The notes under the pieces were generated by a model that was not told the DNA's origin, did no database searches, and saw only the letters and a program-made list of their open reading frames with translations. From Octopus vulgaris (Eukaryota), in assembly GCA_951406725.2 (NCBI GenBank), contig OX597833.1:11532001-11596000 (forward strand): 64,000 nt of DNA. Reading direction: 5' to 3'. The translations under genes were made by a program, and so were the position numbers. How positions within the stretch are numbered: position 1 is the first letter of the stretch; each line of letters opens with the position of its first letter. Below are positions 40,504 through 55,877 of the stretch, one piece after another.

Positions 40504-41000
40504 TCAATATTTACTGCACACAACGCAGGTTAATTGGCGACCATAGACATACGGTGGACATGGTAATGAACCACAAACTCCCTCCACAAAATATAATAAA
40601 GCTCCATTTTCGTCTCTGTAACCCGCTGGATCAGCTTCTGGTGCATAATCCACACACACATATTCATGTCTGCCCTTACTATTATAATGTTCGGTCATCA
40701 AATATCCTGAATATTCAGCTGTCCAACCAGCGTAACACTGTGTCCTGGCTGGTAACATCATAACAACAGCAGGTTGTCGTGTCAAACAGACAGCACACGG
40801 AACGTTGTGATTATCAAGTGATTCAGCGTTAGCAAAAGAAAATATTTTTTTCTCTTGGGAAAATATTTTATATTCACTGCTATATATGTGAGCTCCACCT
40901 GTATATACTTCAGTGTAATTGGCCCAAATGGGATCGTTAGGTAGACATAAGAGATTACTTCCGCCGCCTGTTTCGTTATAAAATGATCCACCAACCACAC
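40504..41000 (-). CDS. Gene C exon 4: C4-like domain
   Basis: Acceptor ctag|GT. Open 497-nt exon with all framework cysteines. Confidence 0.92.
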
Positions 41001-42278
41001 CTAGAATTGGTAAGAACATATCAAATAAATAAAATATTAAGTAAAGTGAAATAAGAAAGACGTGGATTAAAAGAAATCATTGAAAAGGAAATTTCAATTT
41101 TAAATTGGCGATTATATATACACACACATACGACTGTGTGTGTCGATGTGTGTGATTGAGTTTATGTGTGTGTGTGTCTTTGTGTCTATGTGTGTGCGCG
41201 TGTGCGTGCGTCTATGTGTTTGAACATTCACTATGTTTACGTGTGTAGGTTTTGTGTATACAAACTAGTATCGATGCGAGTGTAAGCTGTGTTGCTCAAT
41301 GAATGTTTGTGTCTGAGTTAAGAACTGTATGTGTCTATGATTTATATGTATATATGTTGTAGGTGTACGCCAACGGGTTTGTGTAGGTAATATTTATGAA
41401 TATGTCTAGATACATGGCTGTAGATGGTTGTGTGCAGATGTCAAAAGAGTGCGAAGGGAAGGCCGTTACGTCACGCATTTCCTCTAAAATGGAAAAGACG
41501 ATTTTGTTCAAATTTTAACGGAGATAAAATAGAAGAACGATACAAGGAATTTTTAACCAATATAAAATAGAAGAACCCGGTGAGGTGCAGAGTATTGTTA
41601 GTCGATGGGTAGTTAAAAGTTATTTAACGGAACATCCTGCACAGCGTAGCTGAAACTCTTCGCTAGTCGTGGACAGGTCACGTGAAGATACACGTTATGG
41701 TCACGTTGGCTTTATTTGCTGCATCACTGGGGTTATTTTACGTCTGAAGGAAAGTGAGTGGAGAAAGGATTGTAAGGTTCAGTTTAGGCTGAATTGGGAA
41801 ACCTTTAAGGAAACCGTTAAGGGTTCGGTTATAGACAGGTAAAAGCAAAAGCAAATCTCGTTTAAAAAAAGAAAAGTTGATGGGGAAGAGGTGGAAAATA
41901 GTGTCTTCTGAGTGGAAAGCTCAGAATTGCCTAACCATGAGGCACTAGCGAGATTAAGTGGTGGAATGGTGCGTAGAAAATGCATACAGTCCTTGGGTAA
42001 CTATATTCTGTGGTTTGGTTCATGGGGGTAATTTCGATGATATCCTGTTCGTGTGATCATTCTTGACGGCATTTATACTTCAGCTATGACCAAATAAATT
42101 CAACGGAGAAAGTAGTTTTGTGTAATCTCAAGAGAATCTATAATCGCCGTTTAAAACGTGATATACTATAATAGGACAAACGTTTGTGTAGATCAGAAAG
42201 AAGGAGGGAGAGGGAGAGAGGAAGAGAAAGAGAGAGAAACAAAGAAATAGAGAGAGATTAGAAACAAAATATACTAAC

Positions 42279-42353
42279 CATCGTATACCAGACTGGAATT
42301 ACGTGGACATTTTGTTCTACCCCACCGGGTATACAGGGATCCAGGACCGGGTC
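42279..42353 (-). CDS. Gene C exon 3 (R)PGPGSLYTRWGRTKCPRNSSLVYD(G)
   Basis: Acceptor ttcgcag and donor G|gttagt, 75 nt. Confidence 0.92.
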
Positions 42354-42639
42354 CTGCGAAATTGCGAAGGAAACAATGTAGTTTAAAAGAAAATAGTTGG
42401 TGAACCATGTGGGAGAGAATATCTTGGCTGGGAATTAATGAATTGGGGAGACAAGGATTAGAAGATAGGAAGGAAGGAAAGAAGGAAGGAAGGAAGGAAG
42501 GAAGGAAGGAAGGAAGGACAGATGGAAGGAAGGATAGATGGGAACTTGATAGAGGATTTAAAGAGTTAAGAAAGAAAGAAAGAAAGAAAGAAAGAGAGGA
42601 AGAAAGAAAAAGAAAGATAGAATGAATGAATGAATGAAA

Positions 42640-42691
<52 letters not shown>

Positions 42692-42965
42692 AATTAAAAA
42701 ACAAACAAACAAAGGGTTGTAAATTCTTTTTCCTCTGAACGTAAAGCTGATCCCGAGAAATAGTCCCCCACGCCTGGGGGTGAATGTATACTTTTAGTTA
42801 CTGGTAAAGATTTGCATGATTCATCACTAATTCACTTCTCAGCCGAATTCAATGCGGTTTTTTAGCAATGATGATCGAGTCTTGAGCTAAATTTTTTAAG
42901 ATAAATTAATTCAAGGTTGGAGCATCAAATAAAAGGCAAACCAAAAATTAAATAAAAGGCTAGAA

Positions 42966-45469
42966 AATCTTAATAACAATTGCTTCCCTCTGGAATGGCA
43001 CTCAAAGACAGGTGCATGATTTCTCTACAACCACCAGACTCGCAGAGTTACTGAGCAACAACAATATGTGGATGGTTTTATTGATTCTGTTTCTTACTAC
43101 AACATAGGGTAAACCCTACAATTTCTTATTGCTTACACTAACATTAGATCTGAACTGAAAATATTTCTTACATACTTTTTTCCAGATTATAGACCTACAT
43201 GTACACAAAGTGGCTTTCATTTATTGACGTGGTCCTGCATATAAACTCATATAAACATAGTTAATATCATAGCATAAGAGGATTACATTTTCAAATTCAT
43301 TGAGGCATCCAACTTAAAGTTGTGTATTTCGTTGAGCAGATTGTGTAAGAAATGAAAAACAAAAAAATTGGAAGCCAATAGGTGAGGAGACACATTTATA
43401 TGAATTTAGCTAAAAGAGATTGAAACAGAGATAAATTAATTCAAGGTTGGAGCATCAACTAAAAGGCAAGATCAAAAATCAAATAAAAGGCTAGATCAAA
43501 AGTTAAATAAAAGGCTAGATCAGAAATGGAGGGTAAGGCGAAAATTTCAATTTGAATCAACATACATTGGTTAGTTTTAAAGGAATGTATATAATTAGGT
43601 TTAAAGGAATGTGTTCATATCGAAGGAACTTTTGGTGAAGATTATTAGTTTGGAAAAAGTTGTAAGTATTTAAGTGACGAAGAAAGTGGTAAGTAACCAG
43701 AAAAGTTGATTTTTCATCAGAACATCTCAGCTATTGTTAAAGAAGACGGTACAGTAGCTACGTTCAAATGGAAGTGCTATATGGGATGGAATTTATGATG
43801 AAAACTCGCCAAGAAAATGTCTTACAAAAGTGGTGTGGTTTTAAGGAATCAAGAAAAATAAACATTGTTACAAATTAAAATATTTTTGTTATTTTAAGAT
43901 ATTTAGTGTTATGATATGCATAATCTGATTCCATTGATCACTTAGTTTGAATGTAGACAGCGCTTAAATAGATTCTCTGTACGGGCTGGAAGCCGCTTCT
44001 TTCCGTATCGTGGTAATAGAGCTCTATGAAACGTATCTTATGATGAAAGCTTTGTCAAAAATATTAGCTTGAAAATCATCTATGTGGCTGTAAGTAACGA
44101 AAGGGTACAGGTGATAATTTTAAGAAATTAAATTTTTTTTTTTTTTTCAGAGAAGGAATATATTATTTGAAGTGGAATGAAATCGTTCAATGAGAAAAAT
44201 TTGTTTAGGAAAAGCCTGTCTAAAATTATTTAACAGTAATGAAATTAATTTTTGCGATTTCATATTTTTATTAATTGCTTTTATGCATTAGAATATATAC
44301 ATATAAAAGCATATTGAAATACAAATTTAACTCATTACAACTAATTGTTTAATGATTTAAATAGAATATAACATTATTTCAAAATAAAAATTCTGTAGAA
44401 ATGTATTTATTTGTAACAGATATGCTGCTATTAATTGATTTTTAATTTTAGGTGCAAAGAGAATTTAACATTTGTCTTTAAAATATCTGTATTTAAAAGC
44501 TATTTAGTATAATATCATTTTTTAAATTAGAAAGGTGAATATCATTAATTATAATGAAAGAAGTGTTGCCTTTAAAACTATTTCTAGAATATTCTTAAGT
44601 ATAGGACCTGCAAATGTACAGAACACTAAACCAGAGACACTACGGAACACGAAGGTAAAAGACATTAACTATTGGTGTTGAAGTTAAAATTTCGTGACTG
44701 AAATACTACGACCGAAATTATGCGAATTGCAAGGGATCTCTTGAGCAACGTTATTCGACTGCGATGGTTAATCAGAGATCAGCAAATGTCTCCAGTTCGA
44801 ACTTCTGATTCTCTGCATTGAGAGGTCACAGCTCCGGTACTACGGACATGCGATTTCAATCCCACAGAAAAGAAACAGAAACGAATTCTTCAAACTGGAT
44901 CGGCCGGCGAGGGATCTGGGGATAGACCAGAAAAGAGATGGGCAGATAATACCCATCGGCTCAGATTGGTTACGCTTGTGAACCTAACAGGTAATCTTAA
45001 TAACAATTGCTTCTCTCTGGAATGGCACTCAAAGACAGGTGCCTGGTTTCTCTACAACCACCAGACTCGCAGAATTACTGAGCAACAACAATATGTCATT
45101 GGTTTTATTGATTCTGTTTCTTACTACAACATAGGGTAAACCCTACAATTTCTTATTGCTTACACTAACATTAGATCTGAACTGAAAATATTTCTTACAT
45201 ACTTTTTTCCTGATTATAGACCTACATGTACACAAAGTGGCTTTCATTTATTGACGTGGTCCTGCACATAAACTCATATAAACATAGTTAATACCATAGC
45301 ATAAGAGGGTTACATTTTCAAATTCCATTTAGGCATCCAACTTAAAGTTTTGTATTTCTTTGAGCAGATAGGGTAAGAAATGAAAAATGAATGGAACCCG
45401 AAAAAAATTAGAAGCCAGTAGGTGAGGAGACACATTTAAATGAATTTAGCTAAAAGAGATTGAAACAGA
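42966..45469 (+). repeat. ~470-bp direct repeat pair (42966-43429 and 44993-45469) in intron 2 of gene C
   Basis: aatcttaataacaattgctt..aagagattgaaacaga is present twice with few differences. Confidence 0.85.
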
Positions 45470-45546
45470 ATATTTTATAATATTTATTCCGGCCCCGGAC
45501 GTTTCTTTTACGTTTTTACCTTGCACGATATAAAATTAGTTCTTAC

Positions 45547-45598
45547 TTGGCGTGTGAATAGCTTTGTAATCCAGAGATTTCTTGAAAAGGAAACGGTT
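45547..45598 (-). CDS. Gene C exon 2 NRFLFKKSLDYKAIHTP
   Basis: Acceptor ttttttcacag and donor A|gtaaga, 52 nt, phase 0-1. Confidence 0.85.
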
Positions 45599-47106
45599 CT
45601 GTGAAAAAATTGAAATAACATCATAGAAATAGATTTTCAGAAAATTCATCAATGTTTAGAATTTAAAGCTAAGCAATACAATAATGGCACTTTTGGACAG
45701 CTTCTTTTGAAGATGTGGGAGACAACTTCATTGTTAATTCCACCAAATTTTCATCGTTGTGTTACATCTTGGTGGCTTACCGCTTTCTTGTCTCCTCTGT
45801 GCATCGGGTAGTCCTTTATTTCATGCTTTTATATGGCAAAAACGAACCCATCACAATGAGAGTTAATTAAGCCTAACGAACGAAAACACGCACGGAGAAT
45901 GTTGCAAATGCATTTAGAAAAACTAATCTTCCAGTTTGTAAATCTACAAACAGGTGGGTAGATATCTCAGAACCAATTCATTTCGCTTTCTACGTAACAT
46001 ATTTTCAAAAATATATTTACCTTTCTGTGTACCTTTCTTCAGTTGAAGGCCCCGAGACTTCCAAAATCAACAATGGCGAACAAACATAAATTGAAAATTC
46101 TGAATGTACTTGCACCATTCTTCGTGCGTGTTTACATATATTGAGAGATGCGTGGTTTTGGAATTTCATTCTTCTTTCAATCAAATAGTTACTTACTGTA
46201 CCCTGACTTTTCATATATATTTTTTATATTTCGATTATGTTCGTTGGCCATTTTATCAATAGTTTTTTAAGATAATGATAACTTATTTGAATATAGAATT
46301 TATACTTGCGCGCTAATGTTCGTTCGGATGTGACGGTGCCTTCAGCTGAACAAACGAGCACGAAAAGTTAAATACATTTTTTAAAATAATTTACGTAGTA
46401 AGACTTGCTGATGAGCTTCAGGTGCCAATTCGACACAGAAAGCGAAATCAATTAATACTGGGATATCTACCCTTCTACTTGTAGATTTACAAACTGGAAC
46501 AACTGTTTTCCCAAATGTATTTGCTACATTCTTCGTGCATGTTGGTGTATAGTGAGAGATACACGGTTTTGGAGACTTTTATTTTTCTTTCAATGGAAAA
46601 GATATTTAATTTCACGGAAAAAGATCTGTGCGGAATTCAGCGGTCCAACAATCCGATATATATGCGTTTGTGTGTATCTTTCCGCATGTGAATGCGTGTT
46701 TGTCCGTTTATGTAAGTCTGCCTTATAGGGATAGATGCATATATTTATATACGCTAAAATATTTAAACGTGGTTTAGTGCTTCAGGTTTTAAACTCACGA
46801 ACAAAGGGTTGTACGTTCTTGAGCAAAACTATTTATATTGCACTGCATATATATCGACAACTGATCGTATGGCACATTTCTGGACCTGTTCATTAATTTG
46901 ACGGAGGGAGCTCTGGAAACAAATCATCCCAGGAATTCTTCGGCAATTAAGCACGAAAACTTCATCCGAAGAAACAGACCATAGTGTATGTATCTATATT
47001 TCTGTGCATCTCTGTGTGTGTATGCGTGTGTCATTGTGTCTGTGTGTCTGTATGGGTACATCTATATATGTATGTATGTATATATGTATGTAAGTATGTA
47101 TGTATG

Positions 47107-47140
<34 letters not shown>

Positions 47141-47189
47141 TGGATGGATGGATGGATGGATGTATGTATGTATGTATGTATGTATTATG

Positions 47190-47220
<31 letters not shown>

Positions 47221-48001
47221 GTATGTATGTATGTATGTATGTATGTATGTATGGTGCATCATCATGGACGCAGCTCCGAGCTGAATCTAGCGAGGAAAAA
47301 ATACATCCAGAAATAAATACATACACATATATGTGTGCGTGTGTGTGTGTGTATATATAAGCACATTCGAATATACACATGAAGCGATGCATTCATACAT
47401 GTTCATTTATGTATGCACACGAAAGCGGCAGACGTACATATTTAAGGCCTTTCTATGTAAAATATTTCAGCAAGAAATGTCAATCTCTATCTTACAACAT
47501 GGAACACAATTCATTATTGACTTGTAAACTAACTTACATTTTTGTAATCCTATTTCTTTGCTACGTATAGTAATTGACAAATTCATTGCTTTCTATTTTG
47601 CAACACTATCTATCGCACAACCTTTCTGGGGGCTTTTATAATTGTCATCTACAATACTGAATATTTCAAGATAATGATCAAATTCCGCGTAGTCGCGCCT
47701 TGTCTTTATCCTTTCGAGGTCCATGAATTCAGAACCTGTTCATCACTGGCCTGTAAGGAATCGAACTACAACTTCCTGACATTTATAACCACGAGCCAAA
47801 ACGTCGAAGCAAAATATATAACGTGAATGAAACTATCAAATCAATCAATCTGCCTATGTATGTACGTATGTATGTATGCATGTATGCATGTATGTATGTA
47901 TGTATGTATGTATGTATGTATGTATGTATGTATGTATGCATCTATCTATATATCTATCTTTCTATCAAAACCTCAGTCAGTCTGTCTACCTATCTACACA
48001 T

Positions 48002-48061
<60 letters not shown>

Positions 48062-48209
48062 GCTTATATTTATCGATAGTTCTAACTATCTATCTCTCTA
48101 AACAGTAAAAAGCATCGATCCATAAACATGTCAGTAGATATATATACGAGACATATATTTATGTGTATACATATGTATGTATGTATATGTATATATATAT
48201 GTATATATA

Positions 48210-48499
48210 GTGACGTATTTTTGCCATTTCAATATGGCTAACCCCTAAGGGTGGATGCTACTGTAGTTTTTAGCCCCAGGAGGACACACTCCTCCAGCTG
48301 GCCATAGACACACTATCTGTGTCCTGTGAGTATTTGCAAAGGGAAGTCATCCTTCCCGTCTTCAACTTATGATACACACGGACTCGAGTTTCGAGGTATT
48401 GACCTCTCGTCAGCGTGTGACAATCATAGTTGTCGCCGAGAATTAGATTTCCTTCACAAATACTTATACTTTTTCCAGCGCCCACTGTCGCTGATATTG

Positions 48500-48502
<3 letters not shown>
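48210..48502 (-). mobile_element. Second copy (partial unit) of the retrozyme-like element, embedded in (TA)n
   Basis: Collinear with the reverse complement of ~16497-16788. Confidence 0.82.
48368..48428 (-). ncRNA. Type I hammerhead ribozyme with consensus core
   Basis: TATGAT-TGT-CACACG CTGACGA GAGGT-CAAT-ACCTC GAAA CTCGA GTC CGTGTG-T-ATCATA, with palindromic helix III ACTCGAGT. Confidence 0.88.
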
Positions 48503-48584
<82 letters not shown>

Positions 48585-48659
48585 TATATACATATGTATA
48601 CATGTATATATACATAAATACATGTATAAATATAAATATATATATATACATATATATAT

Positions 48660-48714
<55 letters not shown>

Positions 48715-48771
48715 AGTATGTATGTATGTATGTATGTATGTATATATATATACATATGTATACATATGTAT

Positions 48772-50732
48772 AGAAGAAGGTTAAACGAGAACGTCGACTC
48801 AGAGATATTGCTTGGGCTGAATTCAAAAATCTGGATTCGACTGCAGCTTTTGAGGTGTACAAAACTCAACGAGACCGAGCTGTGAAAATTGAAAAGAAAG
48901 AACGCTTCAGTTATGAATACAAAATCGCGGCAAATGCCAGTAGCAATCCAAAAACCTTCTTTGCCCATGTCCAGCGGAATTCCCGCTTGAACAACCAGAT
49001 TGCAACGTTGGTAGACTCAACAGGCGTATCGATTGAGGACCCTTATCAACAGAGTCAATTATTTGCCGAGGCTTTTTCAACTATTTTCAAACAAGGTGAT
49101 GGTCGTGAACCCCCTCCATTTGATAGATCGGTACCTCCAATGCTTCGATTGGTCATCACGCGGGACGAAGTCAAACGTGTTATTCAAGGCCTCGATGTCA
49201 ACAAGGGTCACGGCCCTGACGGCATACACCCACGGGTTATCAAAGCGTTGGCTCCGGTCATCTGCGAGCCCTTAACACGACTATTCAATATGTCATTGGC
49301 GACGGGTGTTATACCTGCAGACTGGAGAACAGCGATAATCTGCCCAATTTTCAAGAAAGGGAGCCGCGAAGACCCGCTTAACTACCGACCGGTTTACCTT
49401 ACATCAATAATCAGCAAGATGTTCGAAACCATCCTTAAGAAAAGTATGATGTTCCACCTCCTAAACACAGCCTCTATCTCTGATTCCCAACACGGCTTCG
49501 TGCCGAAGAGATCATGCTTGACCAACTTACTAGTAATGGAAGAATTGGTGACGCGCATCCTCGATGATAGTGATGCTGTTGACATCGTTTTATTGGACTT
49601 TGCCAAACCTTTTGACTCGGTAAACCACCGCCTATTACTTGTCAAGCTTCAAGCATATAGTTTCCATCCGGATATTGTACGATGGGTTGGTGCCTTCCTC
49701 TCAGATCGCTCCTTCCAAGTCCAAGTTAATGGTTCGCGGTCCGACGTCTCCAGTGCGAGCAGTGGCGTGCCTCAAGGTTCAGTGCTTGGACCCTTGTTGT
49801 TCTTAGTCTTCATAAATGACTTGCCCGACGACCTCACGCAACACACCCTTCTATTTGCCGACGATATCAAACTGGTCGCTCCTCGCGGTAATATAGAGGA
49901 TCTTCGTCGATGCCTCCACCAAATTTGGAAGTGGTCTAACGATTGGGACCTGTGTCTGAACGTGTCAAAGTGCTGTCATCTGCCTGTCGGCTCTACTCCT
50001 GCAACTCAACTTGATTTCGAGCCGGGTCGTCTGCTGCTGGAGAGGACCGATCAGGTAAAGGACCTGGGTATCTTGGTGGATTCCTCCTTTTCGCCTTCGG
50101 CCCAGTGCGTCCATGCTGCCAACAAAGCACGCGGAATTCTGTTCTTGATTCGACGGTCATTCGGAATGCTCACAGCAGCCATATTCCTACCACTCTATGT
50201 CACGCTGGTGAGACCCATATTGGAGTATGGGATTCAAGCCTCTTCTTATCTCCTCAAAGACATACAGCATCTCGAAAGAGTCCAGAAGCTGGCTACCCGC
50301 ATGGTTCATGGTCTCAAAAATTTGTCCTACGAAGAAAGGCTGAGGACGCTCGACCTTTATTCTCTTGAAAAACGCCGCCGCCGGGGTGATCTCATTCTCG
50401 CCCACAACATCATAAGCGGAAAGTGTAACCTCTCGAAAGAGCTGTTCTTCACTCCTGCTCCAGAGCGTCGGCTGCGGGGTCATTCCGAAAAGCTCTACCT
50501 GCGACGATTTCATCTCAATCGAAGGAGAGGAGCTTTCTCCGTCCGGGTTGCGGATCCGTGGAACAAGCTGCCAGACGAGATGGTGAAGATGCCGACGACC
50601 GCTTTGTTCAAAGCCTCCCTGGACCTCAAGTGGCCTGAACTCTTTACATGAACACCACCCTGTACTTAACTCCATGTCCCCCTACATGGCCTTGCTATTT
50701 GCTTTTGAGTCAAATTAACTAACTAACTAACT

Positions 50733-50735
<3 letters not shown>
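48772..50735 (+). mobile_element. 5'-truncated young CR1-clade LINE, antisense in intron 1 of gene C
   Basis: RT ORF, 3' stem-loop ccatgt-ccccct-acatgg and (TAAC)n tail. Flanked by TA-rich microsatellite. Confidence 0.92.
48855..50651 (+). CDS. CR1 ORF2 reverse transcriptase (N-truncated, lacks endonuclease; frame open from ~48773)
   Basis: [58 protein letters not shown] and RGH motifs. Confidence 0.88.
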   Translation: MYKTQRDRAVKIEKKERFSYEYKIAANASSNPKTFFAHVQRNSRLNNQIATLVDSTGVSIEDPYQQSQLFAEAFSTIFKQGDGREPPPFDRSVPPMLRLVITRDEVKRVIQGLDVNKGHGPDGIHPRVIKALAPVICEPLTRLFNMSLATGVIPADWRTAIICPIFKKGSREDPLNYRPVYLTSIISKMFETILKKSMMFHLLNTASISDSQHGFVPKRSCLTNLLVMEELVTRILDDSDAVDIVLLDFAKPFDSVNHRLLLVKLQAYSFHPDIVRWVGAFLSDRSFQVQVNGSRSDVSSASSGVPQGSVLGPLLFLVFINDLPDDLTQHTLLFADDIKLVAPRGNIEDLRRCLHQIWKWSNDWDLCLNVSKCCHLPVGSTPATQLDFEPGRLLLERTDQVKDLGILVDSSFSPSAQCVHAANKARGILFLIRRSFGMLTAAIFLPLYVTLVRPILEYGIQASSYLLKDIQHLERVQKLATRMVHGLKNLSYEERLRTLDLYSLEKRRRRGDLILAHNIISGKCNLSKELFFTPAPERRLRGHSEKLYLRRFHLNRRRGAFSVRVADPWNKLPDEMVKMPTTALFKASLDLKWPELFT

Positions 50736-50778
<43 letters not shown>

Positions 50779-50781
<3 letters not shown>

Positions 50782-50960
50782 CACGACTACTTTACCTCAA
50801 CCGGTCCAGGTCTCTTTAATATTATAGCACAACATTTTAAAGCGAAAACAGATCCCATAAAATTCAAAGGTTCTCAGGACAAATTTCTCCCTAAAAATCC
50901 TGGAACAACCTCCATCACCCGGATATGTCTCCAACAATAAAAGTCTCTGCTAGAGTGGGC
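50779..50960 (+). mobile_element. Old LINE 3'-end remnant (duplicate at ~55219-55390)
   Basis: FTSTGPxLFNII..KF..DKF..QPPxPGY C-terminal motif typical of CR1/L2-group ORF2. Confidence 0.5.
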
Positions 50961-51285
50961 CACGGGGTTTCACATATGACTGAGATGTAAATCAAAATCT
51001 AAAAGGCTTCATCAGGTGGTGCTATAAGTTATATATACCCTGGGCCTATACTGGGCGAAACGTTTCAGAATTATGTGTCTACATGTTATATGTACACACA
51101 TATAATTCCTAGCTCTCGTTCAGTCGGTCAGGGTTCGATTACCGGAATAGGAACAATTTTTTAGGCGCAGGCCTTGCTGCAAGGTAAGAATCTTCTGTCC
51201 TAAATGGAACCCTTCTACTTTAGCCGCAGACCAACCAATGTAATCTGAGTAGATTTGGTAAACAGAAGCTGAAATAATGCGTTAG

Positions 51286-51362
<77 letters not shown>

Positions 51363-51387
51363 TAATAGATAGATAGATAGATAGATT

Positions 51388-51477
<90 letters not shown>

Positions 51478-52031
51478 AAGAAAGAGAGAGAGAGAGATAA
51501 ATAGATACATAGCTCGATGGATAAATAGATAGATAGATTACAGAAAACAAAAGACAAGGACAGGTGTAGAAACCACAAGCAAGTGCATTAAGTTCAACGC
51601 TCGGGTAGAATGGAAGAGTTTTTTGTCTTTCGACCGCACGCTTTTCGACAGAAAGGATAAAAAGGATTAAGAGGATAAAAAGGATTAAGAGGATAAAAAG
51701 GGAGAGAGAACCGAAAAGAGAGAAGGGAATGTGTAGAGATGATGTGTGTTTGTTTGTGTGTGTATGAATATATATATATATATACATAGATACATATACA
51801 CATATATAAACATGTATATATACACACATACACACACGCACACACACACACACATATATATTTATATATAAAACCATACATATATATACGTGTGTCTATA
51901 CATGTATGTATGGATCGATGGATCGATAGATGGATGGATGGATTAATGGATGGATGCATGGATGGATGGATGGATATACGTATACATTTCTTGCAACTAA
52001 AATATAGAAACTTCAGGTGTCCTGTACTTAC

Positions 52032-52175
52032 TGCGGTTGATTTTTCTTCTATCTCTCTGGTCCTTGCATCGAAATGAAGAATCGTGATGGTCAACACGAG
52101 ACACAGTCCAAAAGTTATGAAAGAAGAAACGGAAAACCGCTGCGAAATGATCCGCCACACCTTAGCGATTTCCAT
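52032..52175 (-). CDS. Gene C exon 1: tail + transmembrane/signal anchor
   Basis: MEIAKVWRIISQRFSVSSFITFGLCLVLTITILHFDARTREIEEKSTA with donor GCA|gtaagt, 144 nt as in copy A. Confidence 0.85.
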
Positions 52176-52875
52176 TGCGGTTTTCGGTCGTCCGTGAAGC
52201 CTGTTATTTCGTTTTGGTTTAATGATAAATCTGAAGTTGATGTAAGCTGGAGTTTATAAGTGTGAGCTTCTCGCTTTGGGATCGTAACTGAAAATTGTTG
52301 ACGTGTGATTCTCAATCAATGATATTGTTCACCCCCCACAACCCAACCCCGCCGAAAATCTAATCGTAAATTCAGGAACCAATCAGATTGATATTACAAT
52401 AATTGTGGGTGTCACCTTTTAAATGACACCTTTTGTGATTGGATGGAGATGAGCCACGATTAACACAGAACAGTCAGCAGAATATTTTACTGACTTCAGC
52501 ACAAATTTGTAAACTGAAAACAAATGCCTATTTGTTGGAGAATTCTTATTTATTTATTTATTAATGTTTACTTCTTTATTTTTGCGAAACTGCTGTAATA
52601 TTCATGTAGGGGACTACATTGTCCGTTCAACATCTGTACAGACTGTAACTGCAAAGCTTTATTTAATGCAGTCTAGTGTTTTTATTGGTTACTTCATAAC
52701 AAACATGATGTTAAAGATTATTCGATTTTATTTACACTGAATCTTATTAAAATATTTCTGCTGAGGAAAAATTTATGATTATCAAAATATCTTCTATGAC
52801 TCTTTGTGTGTGTGAGTGTGAGTGTGTGTGTGTGTGTATGTGTGTGTGCTTGCATGTGTGTGTGTGCGTGTTGTT

Positions 52876-52913
<38 letters not shown>

Positions 52914-53509
52914 TGTGTGTGTGTGTGAGTGTGTGTGTGCGTGTGTGTGTGTTAAGTATCATATAATTCCAGAATCCGTTAGAAAGCAGGTATTCCAATA
53001 TGCAGGACTCCGAGAACAGCCGGGTGGGGGCCTCACTGTATATGAGTCGTCGTCGGTATTGACTTGTACCAATCTGTAGCGAGCGACACTGACTGAAAGA
53101 TGATTTTATTTTGAGTGGACCATATCCAGAGATTACAGCGCTCCCGCACGTAGTCACCTGCCCTCATCAGTGGCACAATAGGGATTGGGGATGAACTAGA
53201 TTTGGTTAGGGTGGATACATCAGATATAATGAAGGTCTGCACGCCAGATCCAGCGCTACAGTGGTTTTAGGTCGAGGATTTATTTTGCTAGACTAGGATC
53301 CTAGCTGGGACCTTAACATGTGCAACTACCCTGGGTCAGGTTAGATCTGGGAAAACCAGTCGGTAAGATGTGCTTCCACATCCCTCAAATCACAGGAACA
53401 TTCGTTCCATGTTTTCTCACTCCCGGATGCAGTTTATGTACATATATATAGGTGTGAGTGTGTGTGCATGTGTGTGTGTGTTTGTGTATGTGTCTCTGTG
53501 TGTGTGTTT

Positions 53510-53569
<60 letters not shown>

Positions 53570-53779
53570 CTGTGTGTGTCTGTGTCTGTGTGTGTATCAA
53601 TTCATCCCATAAGATCTGTCCGATTTTTCTGTTTTAAATTGAATGAAATTTAATATTTTAGAATGCCTAATGGAATTTAAAAGTTTCTTTTTTATGCATT
53701 TGTGTATTAACTAAATAAATATTATTTTACAGAATAATAGAATTAAAATTTCTTTGGTTAAAACCCTTTCTAACTTGGA

Positions 53780-54232
53780 AGTATCCAAAGTACATCTGAA
53801 GCACCAAATTCTTTATGAGTACAAAAAAAAAAGAAAACTCTGCAGACGAAGCGACTCGAAACATACACTCGGTTTATGGGAAAGAATGCTTGAATGAAAG
53901 AACTTGCAGAAGATGATTTGCAAAATTCAGAAGTGGAAATTTCAGCCTAGAAGATGTGGATCGAACACGACGTCCAGGTGAGTTTAATGATAAGCCCCAT
54001 GAGGCCTTACCTGAAGAAAATCCTGCATTATCAGTTGAAGAATTGGCAATAAAGCTTAGTACAAGCCAGACAACTGTTCATCGTCATCTTCAACAACTTG
54101 GAAAGGTTCCGAAAGTTGGAATATGGGTGCCTCATGAAGTGTCCGAAAGCAACCGCAAATGCCCAGTTGACAGCTGATCTTCTCTCTATTCTCGCGAACT
54201 CATTTCACCCTTTTTGGATAGACTTGTGACAT
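53780..54232 (+). mobile_element. mariner transposase N-terminal remnant
   Basis: FAKFRSGNFSLED..SVEELA..SQTTVHRHLQQLGK..WVPHEV (WVPHEL motif). Confidence 0.85.
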
Positions 54233-54330
54233 CCATTTGTTTCGTAGTTTACAGAATCATTTGAATGGATGGATGTATGGATGTATGTATGTATGAAAGC
54301 ATGTATGTATGTATGTATGTATGTATGTAC

Positions 54331-54361
<31 letters not shown>

Positions 54362-54404
54362 TGTATGTATGTATGTATGTATATGTGTATGTATGACCCC
54401 GGGC

Positions 54405-55640
<1,236 letters not shown>

Positions 55641-55827
55641 ATAGAGATATAATTTTTATAATTTTTATAAGTTTTTTATATATATATACATATATTTTTG
55701 ACCTTTTTGTTTATCGCTCGAAGATTGACCGTTTTTTCTAAAGGGCCAATCAAACAAGTCCATTTCTTTTTAAAGGTGTAGCGTTTGTAAGAGTATAGAT
55801 TGAATTGATATATTAGTTCCATTCTAG

Positions 55828-55877
55828 CAAAAACTGTCTGATGAACGGCAACGAGAAACTCAGAGTTACAGATTTTG
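55828..55877 (+). ncRNA. Minimal type I hammerhead in the 5' pLTR
   Basis: CAAAAACTGT CTGATGA A-CG-GCAA-CG-A GAAA CTC-A-GA GTT ACAGATTTTG. Confidence 0.72.
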
